Shown one piece after another: positions 45,986-57,339 of a DNA stretch of 64,000 bases. Below the pieces are notes generated by a model. The model had not been told where the DNA came from and made no database searches. It saw only the letters and a list, made by a program, of their open reading frames with translations. Each line of letters begins with the position of its first letter. The first letter of the stretch is position 1. Source of the DNA: Anthoceros angustus (lineage: Eukaryota > Plantae > Anthocerotophyta); assembly GCA_010909165.1 (NCBI GenBank), contig MU008177.1, positions 682,001 to 746,000 on the forward strand, given 5' to 3'. The translations under genes and the position numbers were made by a program.

Positions 45986-46557
45986 GCTCCGATTGTCCTT
46001 CAAGCCTAGTAGAATATTACCTAGGCCATAGATTTCGTCTTTCGCGAAAGTCTTCAGACCCACGGAGTATTGTCTTAGTATTGTCTTGAACTCACCAGTT
46101 CGTGTTTCGTTTGGTTCAGCTCCAAGTTGCGATCCTCAGACTGGCTCTGTCGGAAGTCATTTTGGGCCCTCGAAGCGCCTTGTCGGTTCTTGGGTTATGG
46201 AAGGAGCTTCTAGCGCTGGGCTGCTGCGAAGGGTCCGATGGAAGATTCCAGCTGGAGAAGTTGTAACATTGTAGGAGGGACTTGAGACGAACGCCATTAG
46301 GAGTTTTGTTGTGCCGACGAGTGTTAACACTCATTTATTGAGAATTGAGTCGCAAAATCGGTTGTCCACGCGGATAGTAACTATCCCCGGACGTCTTAGT
46401 GTAGCTACTGTTGTGGCCTTCCTTTCAATCCTGATAGGGTTTCGTATGTGAAAAGGCCGTCACAATTTCTTAGTACAGTAAATGATATCACCTTCAGCCA
46501 AGAAGGGCGTCTGCTCCACATCAGGGTCATGGAGAAGCGAAGAATGCCAAGACAAAA

Positions 46558-48333
46558 TCAGAGGATTCGTCGGATCTTCAAGTAGCTGAACATAGCTATG
46601 AAGAGAGCGAAGCCGCCAAATACGATGCCAGATGTCGTGATCCAGAAAGCCAGAACATGCTCCTCCAAATACGACCTGAGGTTCATACCAAAAATGCCTG
46701 CGACGAGAGCTCCCAAGGCAGAACAGAAGGTGCCCACCTGCAGCAGCAGCTCCAGACGGCTTACCTCGAGTCTCCTTGAGCTCAAATTAACTGAGATGGA
46801 GTCCTCCATCTCCCTTGCAGAATCAAGCAACTTCTGGGCCTGACCATGACATGAATCGCACCGCTGGAGGTAGAACTCCAGAAGCATCTCGATCTCTTCT
46901 TCCTTGTCTTCCACAGCCTGTTTGTCTAAAATGGCATCGCATTCTATCTGGCCACTGTCTCGCCGAAAGCTGCATTTCATACCCATGATAGAGATGCGGT
47001 GAATTTCCTCCTGGTGCTCCAGGAGTTCAAGTAACATCTGCTGCAAGGACCCTGCCTTCGAGCTGAGCTCCACCAGTGCTTGCTTGCTCAGCCGCAGTTC
47101 CTCTAGCACATCAGCTGTGTATCGTGTTGGTAGCACGGCCAGAAGAGACTTCACTCGGGGTTCAACCTCCTGGAGCATGTTCTCGAGTCGTTGGGTCCTG
47201 GAAACCAGGGCAGCCTCCACCACTTCCAGCTCGAAGGGCATGCTAGCACCACTTCCATCTGCTAACACTCTAGGATATAAAGCTTCCAGAAATGTTCGAG
47301 CTCCGACACTATGCTGATCAAACACCAAAACGTTTTCAGGGGTTGCAATTGCCCTCAAAGACCCCAAGTTTAGCAATATTGCTCTATCACGAACTAGGAT
47401 GCCCGGCAAGGAGGTGGTCGACCACAAGGAGGGGTCAATGCGCCTCATGTCTCTCAGCCTCAGACCGCTGCTTCTCAGAAGCTGTCGCCTGCTCACAGTT
47501 CGTTGCTCAACCCTCCGCCCTGCAGTCACCTCAAGCACCTCGTACACCGGCTCCTTGGCTGCTATGGCTATAGATTCAGCACAAAAAGTGGAGGCAGAAC
47601 CAAAGATGGACCCCTCGCTTCTCGAGCTTTCAGCGTCCCATCCATCCTCTGACAGGCCATCTCCGTCATCACTCTTCTGCTCACCTTCGCTAGTGCCCAA
47701 GAACTCCCCATCCACAACCCATTGCTCAAAGGGCTGCTCCAGTGCCTTGTCTGGATATGTTCCCAGATTCTCAACTCGTTGTCTGAGTGCTCCGTTCAAT
47801 TCTCCCTCACGCGCTCCCCTAGAATAGACTTGCACATGGGAATCAGACTTACTGGGACCTGATATCCTATCGCCCGGTTGCTGCTGCTGCACCACTGTTG
47901 ACCCACTCAAGAGAGGCTCTGCCTCACCACCATCTCCAGACTCTCCACCTCTTCTGCTACCAGCAGCCACCACACGGGGCTTTCTGTAACCGGTGCCATA
48001 GGACTGATCCTCCCCAGCAAGGAAAGCGGACCAAGCTCCTGACAAGGTCAAGCACTTCCCCAGCACCTTCACCCTCTCCCTGCACAGAAGCAAGGCACAC
48101 ACTGCAGAAATCTCACACGAGCTCCACCCAGCACACCGCTTGTGAGCGTGGCACGTCTTCTGTAACATATCCCTATTCCCGCCAGCGAAACCCCTTGACA
48201 AACCATCGCAACCGGCCTGTGTAATGCCACACAGGCTTGAATCCGCTGCCTCAAAGCTGGCTGCCTGAACGCGAACTGGAGCCAAGGCAAACGACCTGGG
48301 CCTGACAGCGCACATTGCAGGACTCCAAGCCAT
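46558..48333 (-). CDS. MRS2-11: Plastid magnesium transporter MRS2-11/MGT10 (CorA family), intronless
   Basis: EPVYEVLEV; SRRQLLRSSGLRLRDMRRIDPSLW; MPFELEVVEAAL; NLSSRRLEVSRLELLLQVGTFC...GIFGMNLRSYLEEH (GMN motif). Confidence 0.95.
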   Translation of the reverse strand: MAWSPAMCAVRPRSFALAPVRVQAASFEAADSSLCGITQAGCDGLSRGFAGGNRDMLQKTCHAHKRCAGWSSCEISAVCALLLCRERVKVLGKCLTLSGAWSAFLAGEDQSYGTGYRKPRVVAAGSRRGGESGDGGEAEPLLSGSTVVQQQQPGDRISGPSKSDSHVQVYSRGAREGELNGALRQRVENLGTYPDKALEQPFEQWVVDGEFLGTSEGEQKSDDGDGLSEDGWDAESSRSEGSIFGSASTFCAESIAIAAKEPVYEVLEVTAGRRVEQRTVSRRQLLRSSGLRLRDMRRIDPSLWSTTSLPGILVRDRAILLNLGSLRAIATPENVLVFDQHSVGARTFLEALYPRVLADGSGASMPFELEVVEAALVSRTQRLENMLQEVEPRVKSLLAVLPTRYTADVLEELRLSKQALVELSSKAGSLQQMLLELLEHQEEIHRISIMGMKCSFRRDSGQIECDAILDKQAVEDKEEEIEMLLEFYLQRCDSCHGQAQKLLDSAREMEDSISVNLSSRRLEVSRLELLLQVGTFCSALGALVAGIFGMNLRSYLEEHVLAFWITTSGIVFGGFALFIAMFSYLKIRRIL

Positions 48334-48587
48334 CTTCGCTGCCCTGGCAAGGTGGCAGGTGCATCTCTGTGCTCACCTGATGGATTGCTGCTTTGCTGCT
48401 TAAGTGACACCACGCACACCAATGCTCCGTCAAGCCAGCCCGACACCCGGAGCGCAGAGAACCACATAAGCTTTTACCCTGCTCCCGCTTTTGCTTTCCC
48501 TACTCAATTTTAGCACGTCTCTCTCCAAATGCGGCAAGCCAGGCAGTCTACTGCACGTTTCGACGGTGCAATCCCAAGCCAAGCAGC

Positions 48588-49832
48588 TCAATCGAAGGCC
48601 AAGGATGGCTGCTTCGAGCGGATGAAGTTGAGCAAGGATTCCGAGTCACGTGCTCCCATGTACTTGTGCATTGGCCTCCCTCTGTTGAAGATGATGAGAG
48701 TTGGGAAACCCTTGACGGAGAACTTGTCCGCGAGTTTGGGGAAGATGTGACAATTCACTTGCGCAAGCTGCAATCGAAATCAAGGAAGATACCAGCACGT
48801 TCTTCATGATCAAGCCAGCCAATCCCCTTCACACTGCTCCAAAACCACAATCAAAACAAAAGCGCACAGCACAGAAGAAGACTCACCTGAACTTTGGGGC
48901 CATGCTTGCTCAAGACCAAGGCAAGCTCATCCCACACTGGCTGCAATTCTTTGCAGTGCGGACACCAGGGCGCGTAGAAGAGAACACAAGTCGGTCTGCA
49001 GTGCATGCAAGCGCATTGGTTGCTCACCTTATCAGTATCCTTGCATCCATGAGTCCTGACCTCATCTCAAGCTTCCACATCATCGCACACAAATTCGAGA
49101 GCTCTGACACCCTACCTCCGGGACACCATGTCAGCAAAGAGCTTGGGAGAGAGCTCCATCACAGCCGGCAAAGCCTCTCTCCTACACGAGAAAGATTAGT
49201 GTCATGGCCAGGGGACCGAGATGTCTGCCATATCACAGATCCGAATTCGGCATTTTAACAGGAAGCAGGATCCATTTTACGCACAGGAGGGGAGGCACGT
49301 AGTCCGGGTCCAGATCGGAGGTGGTCTGCACTGCAACATCGGCCGCGGCAATGTGGATGCCAGTTCTGTCAATTGTGTAGGACGGTAGAATGCGCAGAAG
49401 CCTGGCCACAGCAAGAACGCCGGCTACGGCCCAAGCGGCCAAGCCGAACGCGGCCACCGAGTCCTGAGAAGTCCGGCTCTCCCGTCGAGAGCGGTCGAGC
49501 AGGAACCTCAAGGCAGCGCGATCTGCCAAGCTTTTGCGCAGCGCCTCGCCCTTGTGCCAGATGAAATTCAGTGCCTGGTCGGAAGGACAGAACCAGGATT
49601 GCAGCGGGTTGGGAGGCTTGGGACCTGGCTGCTCGCCGGGATGGGGGCCCTTGTCTGGATTGGATTCTGATCTCGTTCTCAGGGTCGCGCTCCGCACAGC
49701 TGCGGACCGACGCGCATTCGGGAGCAAGCTCGCAATCTGGTGGTGTGAACGCGAGGCAAGACGTCGTTCTCTTTGGCTGGATTTCGCAGTCCATTGCTGC
49801 TGTGACGGAAACAGAACCAGAGAAATGCCCAT
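48588..49832 (-). CDS. Thioredoxin/PDI-like protein (WCPHC) with a long targeting-like N-terminus and a TM segment; about 4 exons, first junction uncertain
   Basis: [22 protein letters not shown]; [43 protein letters not shown]. Upstream hydrophobic stretch [22 protein letters not shown]. Confidence 0.8.
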
Positions 49833-49981
49833 ACTCCTAGCACTTGTAAGGAATGCATTCATAACTTGAACTTGCAAATATTTCACTGGTTTCAAGACTA
49901 ACTTCTAACCTACTCGGGACAGGGGTATGTTCATAACATTGCTTCCGGGAGGGCATTCTAAACGTTCTCTAAAAGAACATT

Positions 49982-50119
49982 CAAGAGTCTTCCAACAGCA
50001 AAATGCAAGAGTCTTCCAAAAGCAAAATGCAAGAGGCTTCCAAAAGCAAAATGCAAGAGTCTTCCAAAAGCAAAATGCAAGAGTCTTCCAAAAGCAAAAT
50101 GCAAAGTCTTCTAAAAGCA
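49982..50119. repeat. 24-bp tandem repeat, about 5.7 copies
   Basis: caagagtcttccaaaagcaaaatg. Confidence 0.95.
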
Positions 50120-50226
50120 CATTCCAGGACATTCAAGTTATAGCAATCTTTTTATGAAGAATTATCTCTAAAAGTATGCAATGAAATATGAGTTGACGGT
50201 GATAAATTACACCAATCTTGGTCATT

Positions 50227-51334
50227 ATGGCATGGGCATTCAATAAGCTTGGAGCCTTGTTCACCAAGAACATTAATATTCCAACAACACGATTATTATC
50301 AGAGAAACATTTTATTTCTACTCTTGCAACATCTACACCAACTACCCCAACTAAAGCTGCACGTGAGCAAAAACCTGAACTTGTTGCATCAACTGCTTCA
50401 ACAGCAAAAGTTGCTCAAGCACCCTCAAAAACAGCAGACAACACTAGAGAATCGTCGAAAGATGTGGAGAGAGCTGGGGCCAAACCAAAACCTTCGTCAG
50501 ATGGGTCCAAGAAAACAAAGAAGGAAAAACCCCCAAATTTGAAAAAAATTGATATCTACAGATGGAATCCTGATGTAAAGAAAAAGCCAAGTATGCAACA
50601 ATATATAATCAATACAAATGAGTGTGGTCCTATGATATTGGATGCTTTATTGAAAATTAAGAATGAGATGGATCCCGGACTAACTTTTCGGAGATCTTGT
50701 CGAGAAGGTATTTGTGGATCTTGTGCCATGAATATAAATGGTTGTAATGGGCTAGCTTGTTTGACTGGCATTGACGTCGATCCTTCATCACCTATAACTA
50801 TCACTCCTCTGCCACATATGTATGTCATCAAAGACCTAGTGGTGGACATGACTAATTTTTTCAATCAATATAAACAAGTAGAACCTTGGTTGAAAACAAA
50901 AGGGCCTAGTCCAGGTGGGCGTGAATATCTTCAGTCCAAGCATGATCGTGAGAAGTTGGATGGCATGTATGAGTGTATTCTTTGCGCATGTTGTTCCACA
51001 TCTTGTCCATCATATTGGTGGAATCCAGAGAAATACTTAGGCCCTGCATCTCTTCTCCACGCCCACAGGTACCAACAATTTCGTTACCTGTGATATGTTG
51101 ACACTTTCTTGACAAGAACTTTGTTCAAACTTTGTTCTTATAACAGAATGTCATTGCAGGTGGATAGCTGATAGTCGTGATGCCTATACTAAAGAAAGGT
51201 TAGAAATGTTAGCAGACGAATACAAGCTTTATCGATGTCACACTATTATGAATTGTGCTATTGCCTGCCCCAAGGGTTTAAATCCGGGTTTACAAATATC
51301 TAAAATTAAATACCTACAAGCTACCAAAAAATAG
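50227..51334 (+). CDS. SDH2: Succinate dehydrogenase iron-sulfur subunit; exons 50227-51068, 51160-51334
   Basis: IYRWNPD; [38 protein letters not shown]; [18 protein letters not shown]; [21 protein letters not shown]. Confidence 0.96.
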
Positions 51335-51349
51335 GCGGGTTTCAACTAT

Positions 51350-52040
51350 TTGTAGGAATTCCCAGTTTGTTGTTCTTTAAAAAAAATTCTATTTGTAGGT
51401 ATTCCCAGTTTGTTGTTCTTTTAAAAATTCGGCTAGTATTATGCTGTGTTGCAAGCCTTAAGAATAATAAGCATCTCAAACTACACGAGTCAACTTACTC
51501 CACATAATCATTGAAATTTACAAACCTAATTTCCTATTTCAATATTCCTTCCCCATGGTAAAGTAGATGAGGCCATCCCATATGGGTGGCTTCAATTCAT
51601 ATTTCAATACAATTGCTATGAAACCTTTCTGAAGAAAGTGCTATATGGAAGATAGAGTTTATGGTCTCTCTTTCTATCCATATTGTCAAGTACATGAGTT
51701 TATCTCATCTGTCATTCACTAGATTACATGGTATGTATCTTCTATTGTTATCCTGATGCATTATATATTTCTAAAAATATTATAAATCATAATTTAACAG
51801 ATAGTTTTAATATAAATATTTAAATCAATATTTATAAAATCTAAATATTAATATATAATATAAATATATTTAAAACTTATATATCTGATTACATAGGTTG
51901 AGATACACAGGGTGAAAAAGGGTCAAACTCTCGACCTCAAGATTCCTCAATCACTATAAGACCTATGCATCAGGGATATATGCACCACCTTTGGTTCTTA
52001 GACCTATGCATCATGGATATATGCACCACCTTTGGTTCTT
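51350..52040. repeat. AT-rich TE-like flank with two short duplications (~39 bp at 51350-51430; 41 bp at 51959-52040)
   Basis: tttgtagg.attcccagtttgttgttcttt twice; agacctatgcatca.ggatatatgcaccacctttggttctt twice, preceded by cactataaga. Confidence 0.7.
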
Positions 52041-52889
52041 AGAGATATAAAATCTGAAAAAAAAAATTATGAACAATGTGAAAAATTCTATCTATTAATT
52101 TTATAATTAAAAAATTATCAAAGCATATCATGGGGGAAAAAATGTTGAAATAAAAGATGGATAAGCCTCTACGACACAATGCAAATGGAGGAAGCTTAAA
52201 AGGGTAGATCGAGAACCATCGTGGTTGATTTTGGAGCTGTTTTCGTTGCTTCCCCAAACAGCCGCATGCCGACATATGTCAGATGACAGTGTTTGGCAAC
52301 TGGAATTCGGAATTGGGCGAGAAAAAGGGTCAGGAGCCGGAGGAAATGGATGTAGCAGGACGTCATGGTCACAAGGACAGGTGACAGTGCGACACGCACC
52401 TTTCATCGTTCCAACGTGGTTATACCAACTTTACCATAGAAACGACCGTCCCCATCCAACACCGTCCCGCAGCAGCACCCGCTCAATACCGCCATACAAG
52501 AAGCGGGTTACCAATCGTGGGACAGGGGCACTGCTAGCCCTGCCGCCCAACTGTCCTGGAAGCCGCTTCGCCGTCCCCTTCCCCTCCCACCTCCTCCCGG
52601 CCGCGGTGGCAGGCGGCCGAATTGGCGGCCTCTGCTGGGGCAAGCTGGCGTAGACCATCGCCCGCTGCTGCCGTCTGCCTCTCTTCAGGCAGCCCGCTGC
52701 CCGGGGGGCTGTGCACAGCTACCGCTGGACGGCGCCCGGGATTTTTCCTGCGCCCGCTCTCGCCATGGCTCGGGGAGGCAGCTTGGCAGGGTTGATCCTG
52801 ATCCGCTTGAATTCGCGATTCGTTTTTCGGAGCCCCGCGGTGTGAATTCGTGCGGGAGAGGAGTTGGGTCGTGCACGAAGGCTCCTTGT

Positions 52890-52965
52890 TGGGCGATTGT
52901 AGGTGGTGGGCGATTGTAGGTGGTGGGCGATTGGAGGTGGTGGGCGATTGGAGGTGGGCGATTGG
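52890..52965. repeat. 17-bp tandem repeat, about 4.5 copies
   Basis: tgggcgattg(t/g)aggtgg. Confidence 0.85.
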
Positions 52966-53495
52966 TGCTCAATCGGCTGGCTTGAGGTGGAGGATTTGTG
53001 GGGCGATCGTGGGTGATGGCAATGAGGGCAAGATCCGTGGACTGGTCGTGATTTGTTGGGTTTGCATAATTTGCGGAGGCGACCATGAGGAGGATGGGGG
53101 GAGGTAGATCGGATGTCGGGTTCTGCCTGCGAGGCTTGGATTTGAAGCGGACGGAGCGGTTGAGGGTGGAGTTGGTGGTGGTGGGGGTGTCGGGATGGAG
53201 GATTTGTCCGTACGTCGCTGTAGCATGTCCGTGAAGGCTCAAGGGGGGATGAGTCTGCTTAGGTTGGGGGGAGTAGGCTTCGGGCGGGGTTCTGGGATGG
53301 AGGGGAGGATGGGCATCAGGTGGGCGCCAGCGGCAGCGCGTGAGCTTGTACTGAGCAGGTGTGCGAGGACGACGGCAGCTGAAGTGAGAAGCTGACGGGG
53401 ACATTGAGTGAGAGTTTGTGAAGGATTGGGAGCTGCTTGCCTCGCCTTTCCCTGCCCCTCTCATCTTTCCCTCGCTTCTGTTAGTTGAGAACAAA

Positions 53496-55240
53496 ATGGT
53501 GCCCTTGCGGAAGAATCGCAGGGTGGCCTGCGCAATGGTGTTTCTTATTGTGGCAGTGCTGTATTTTGTGCTCCCTCTGCTGTTTCCCGGGAGTTTTTTG
53601 AACCTTCAGTTCAACAAAATTCAGGAGGGTGTTATGCGTGTGTCGCTTTCACCTAAGCATAGATCCTGGAATAGCGAGTACATTGACTCTGGCATCGGGT
53701 GTGAGGAGACGTTGAATGTGTATATGTATGACCTCCCTCGGAGATTCAATTTTGGGATCATGAGGCGAAATGATCTGGAGCAGGACGTTCCTTGGCCTCA
53801 TGACAAGACGGCTCCCCCTTGGCCCACTAAATCAGGGCTGCGGAAGCAGCATAATGTAGAGTACTGGTTGACTGTGGATCTCTTAGGGCAGCGACAGGGA
53901 ACAGGGGCTGAAAGAAGCAGAGCCATCAGAGTGAACAATCCAGAGGACGCAGATGTGTTTTTCGTTCCTTTTTTCTCTTCCTTGAGTTTCAATACATATG
54001 GGAAGGCTATGCGAGACCCAGATACAGAATATGACAAGGCTCTTCAGGTTCTTGTTCTTTGTCTCTTGCTCATTCTTGCTGCCGGCTGTTACCGTATCCT
54101 ACTATTGCTGTGAGTCTGGCTTCCTTATTGTGGTTTCTAGTGGGCTGCTCACCTTTGTGATGGTGTACTCTGCAGGCTGAGTTGATGGATATCCTCCGGC
54201 ATTCAAAGTGGTGGCAACGGTCTCAAGGCCGGGATCATGTCGTTCCTTTGCACCATCCAAATTCTTTCAGGTTCTTGCGGGACCAGCTGAATGCCTCTAT
54301 CCTCATCGTTTCCGACTTTGGGAGAGTCTCTGCAAATATCTCAAGGTTGACGAAGGACGTTGTTGCACCTTACACACACGTTGTGGGTGCTGCTGCTGAT
54401 GATGAGCTGGACCCGTTTGAGTCCCGACATGTCCTGCTGTATTTTCAAGGGCAGATAGTGAGAAAAGATGCAAGTATCCATATCCTCTCCCTCTGTGGCA
54501 CTCGTTAGATCTGTCAGTATTTGTGCCTTGTGATCTGTTGCCCTGACAGTCGGTTGAACTTGGATGAGCAGGAGGGCATAGTCCGAACGCTGTTGAAGGA
54601 AGTCCTGAATAACCACCCGCGGGTACACTTTGTTGAGGGTACCGCAACCAGGGAAGGAGTGAAGCAGGTACAAGACAGGGTGGAGGGGATTGTGGGGGCA
54701 TGCATGCTGGGAGGGCACGGTAGTCGTGCAAGTTGTTTGTGTGCTGCGTGTGGACAACGGTGTCGGGTTTGTAATCAGCGTTTGTTGTACCTTGTGCAGG
54801 CAACCGAAGGAATGCAAGACTCATTGTTTTGTCTTAATCCAGCTGGAGATACGCCATCCTCTTGCCGTCTGTTTGATGCCATTGCCAGCCATTGCATTCC
54901 GGTGATTGTCAGTGATAAGATTGAGCTTCCCTTTGAGGATGAGCTGGACTACAGGGAGTTCAGCCTATTCTTCTCAGTGGAGGAAGCAGTGCAACCGGGT
55001 TACCTGCTGACCTACCTTGAAAACTTTGGGAGAGAGCGGTGGTTGAAAATGTGGTCTCGGCTCAAGGAGGTTGCTCACCATTTTAGTTACGACGGACCAG
55101 CTCGGAGGGATGACGCTGTGAACATGATTTGGAAACAAGTTCAGAACAAGCTACCGTCCGTCAGACTGGCCATTAACAGGTCCAATAGGCTGAAGATCAA
55201 GGATTGGACTTCCTGGTGGACAGCAGAAGGAAGTAGATAG
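53496..55240 (+). CDS. Exostosin/GT47 glycosyltransferase (ARAD-like); exons 53496-54047, 54176-54469, 54572-54667, 54800-55240
   Basis: Type II TM anchor; [15 protein letters not shown]; QHNVEYWL; [15 protein letters not shown]; [10 protein letters not shown]; DVVAPY; [38 protein letters not shown]. Confidence 0.95.
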
Positions 55241-55581
55241 CAGAATATTGATAGATCAAAATTGGGACGCAGGAAACGCGATTCAGATCTCACTGCGGGA
55301 ATAATATGCAGGGAGAAATCAGAAGGCTTGGTATGGGATGACCTCTGTCATCCATCGCCTCATCATTATTTTTCGGATAAATGAGCACTTATCCTCGTGT
55401 GTGGCGACACAGCAGAACGGCCAAGAATGTGCACATAGTGTGGCGGCACCGCAGTCTGATATTTGAAAGCATGTGAGAAATGCAAGTCTGCACGGTGCCA
55501 AACATATTAGAATGAGGCCTCTGTATGTGAGATCTGGTGCCAAGTGTTGTAGCAGCTTCTTGCTCCATTTCACACTCAGTT

Positions 55582-57166
55582 CTATTTGACAGTAAGGACC
55601 GCAGAATTTGCAACATCGTATGACAAGGATCTGGCCGTCTCGAAAAAATGAGCAACGCTTTCTTCGGGAGTGCCTACCAGGACTCCATGACCGAGGTTCA
55701 AGATGTGGCCTCTGCTCCCGGCCTTGCTCACGACACTGCAACCAATCCAGATGTCAGACTCTGTGGTGGGAAAGACTAGAGAATAGATGGGGAAGCTGGG
55801 TGCCGTGTTCGTACCTTTGAATAGCTTCTGTAACAGCATCCAACGGAGCAAAGAGCACAGCTGGATCTACGTTGCCTTGCACAGCTACGGAGTCACCCAG
55901 TCGCCTCCTACCATCAGCCATATCAATGGTCCAGTCTAAGCCAATCACATCTACAGGGATTTCGCGCATGCGTTCCAGCAGGCCCCCACTCCCGTTGGCA
56001 TAGAGAACCAGGGGTACTCCCGGATAGGTTTCGCGCACCTTGCTTACCACCTAGGTACACACGGTGCTCAAGCCTCAGTTTCAGGTGCTGTCCTTTGCCA
56101 CCACAATCTGTCATCTAGCAGCATTGTTTCAGTAAAAAGCATACTTTGTCTGCTGTTACCTGCCGGATGTAAGGCTTGGACCAGATATCCCACTGCTCAG
56201 GGGTAAGCTGGCCGCCCCAGGAATCAAATATTTGAACACACTGTGCTCCAGATCTGATTTGGTAGCCTACATACTCGGCTATGTTCCCCGCCAGATGAGA
56301 AAGCAGACTGTGCAGCACAGCAGGTGCCTTGTATATCATGCTCTTGATCTTGGTGTATGTGCGCGTAGATCCACCCTCCACCACATATGTTGCCAGAGTA
56401 TATGGGGAGCCCACAAAGCCAAGCACAGCAGCCCCATCACCGACCTGCAATTGCAGTCCACGCACAAAGGTAAGGTCACTGAACTGTGTCCAGCTTCGGA
56501 GGCGGTGGAGAGATTCCAGACATCACCTCTTTCCTCAGGATGCTCAATGACTCCCCCACAAAGTGCAACTTGTCCAGCTCAATGTTGTGCAGAGCTGAGA
56601 GGCCTTCCTCTGACCTAATGGGCTTCTCCAGCACAGGCCCTTTAACTTCATCGATCTCGAAGTCGATCCCGAGTGCCGGCAGAGGTGTGAGAATATCTGA
56701 GAACAAGATCACTCCGTCCGGCTTAAACGCCCTCCAGGGCTGCAACGAGATCTCCACTATCAGGTCCGTCTGCTCCGACCTCTCCCTGAAGGAGGGATGC
56801 TTCTCGGCAAGCTTCCTGTACGCAGCCATGTACCTGCCAGCCTGCCGCATCATCCATGCTGGAGGGCGGGAGACCTTCTGTCCTCTTGCAGCCTTCACCA
56901 ACAATGGCTCTGTCACCAAAGACGAAGGGAAATGTAGTGAGTCAGATGGGCCCAACCGATTACCAAGTGCTGAACTCTCTCCTGCATTCTTCAGGTAGCT
57001 TGAAGATACCCTCAGAGGATTGACATTTTGTGACGGGCAAGGAGCTGCATTGAGAATGGGCGGCGTTTGGCCCGCAGGACTGCCGCAGATTCGATGTCTC
57101 CCCAACAAATGTGCTGCACTTGCTCCCCGCCCCCGCCACCGAGCTGCTCCACAATCCGGAAATCAT
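55582..57166 (-). CDS. HEME1: Uroporphyrinogen decarboxylase 1, plastid
   Basis: PLLVKAARG...[13 protein letters not shown]; [33 protein letters not shown]; QIFDSWGG; VIGLDWT; VQGNVDP; [15 protein letters not shown]. Confidence 0.96.
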
Positions 57167-57339
57167 CGAGCTGTCTCGAATGGTGCAATTTCTCAGGATG
57201 GCACAGGGCTCGGGATTCACATTCCAAGATGAAGCCTGAAGAGATTGGAGCGAGGATCCCAGGAAGATAGGATGATAAAAGAAACGTTTCGATTCAAGTA
57301 CTTGTCCCGGATATAGCCTATAATACGGTTTCTTTCACT

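Noticed and set aside
52685-53494. 269-aa Pro/Thr-rich minus-strand ORF
   Set aside because: Low complexity, driven by the 17-bp repeat and G-rich leader upstream of GT47; no domain recognised, though a real gene in 52200-53400 cannot be excluded.
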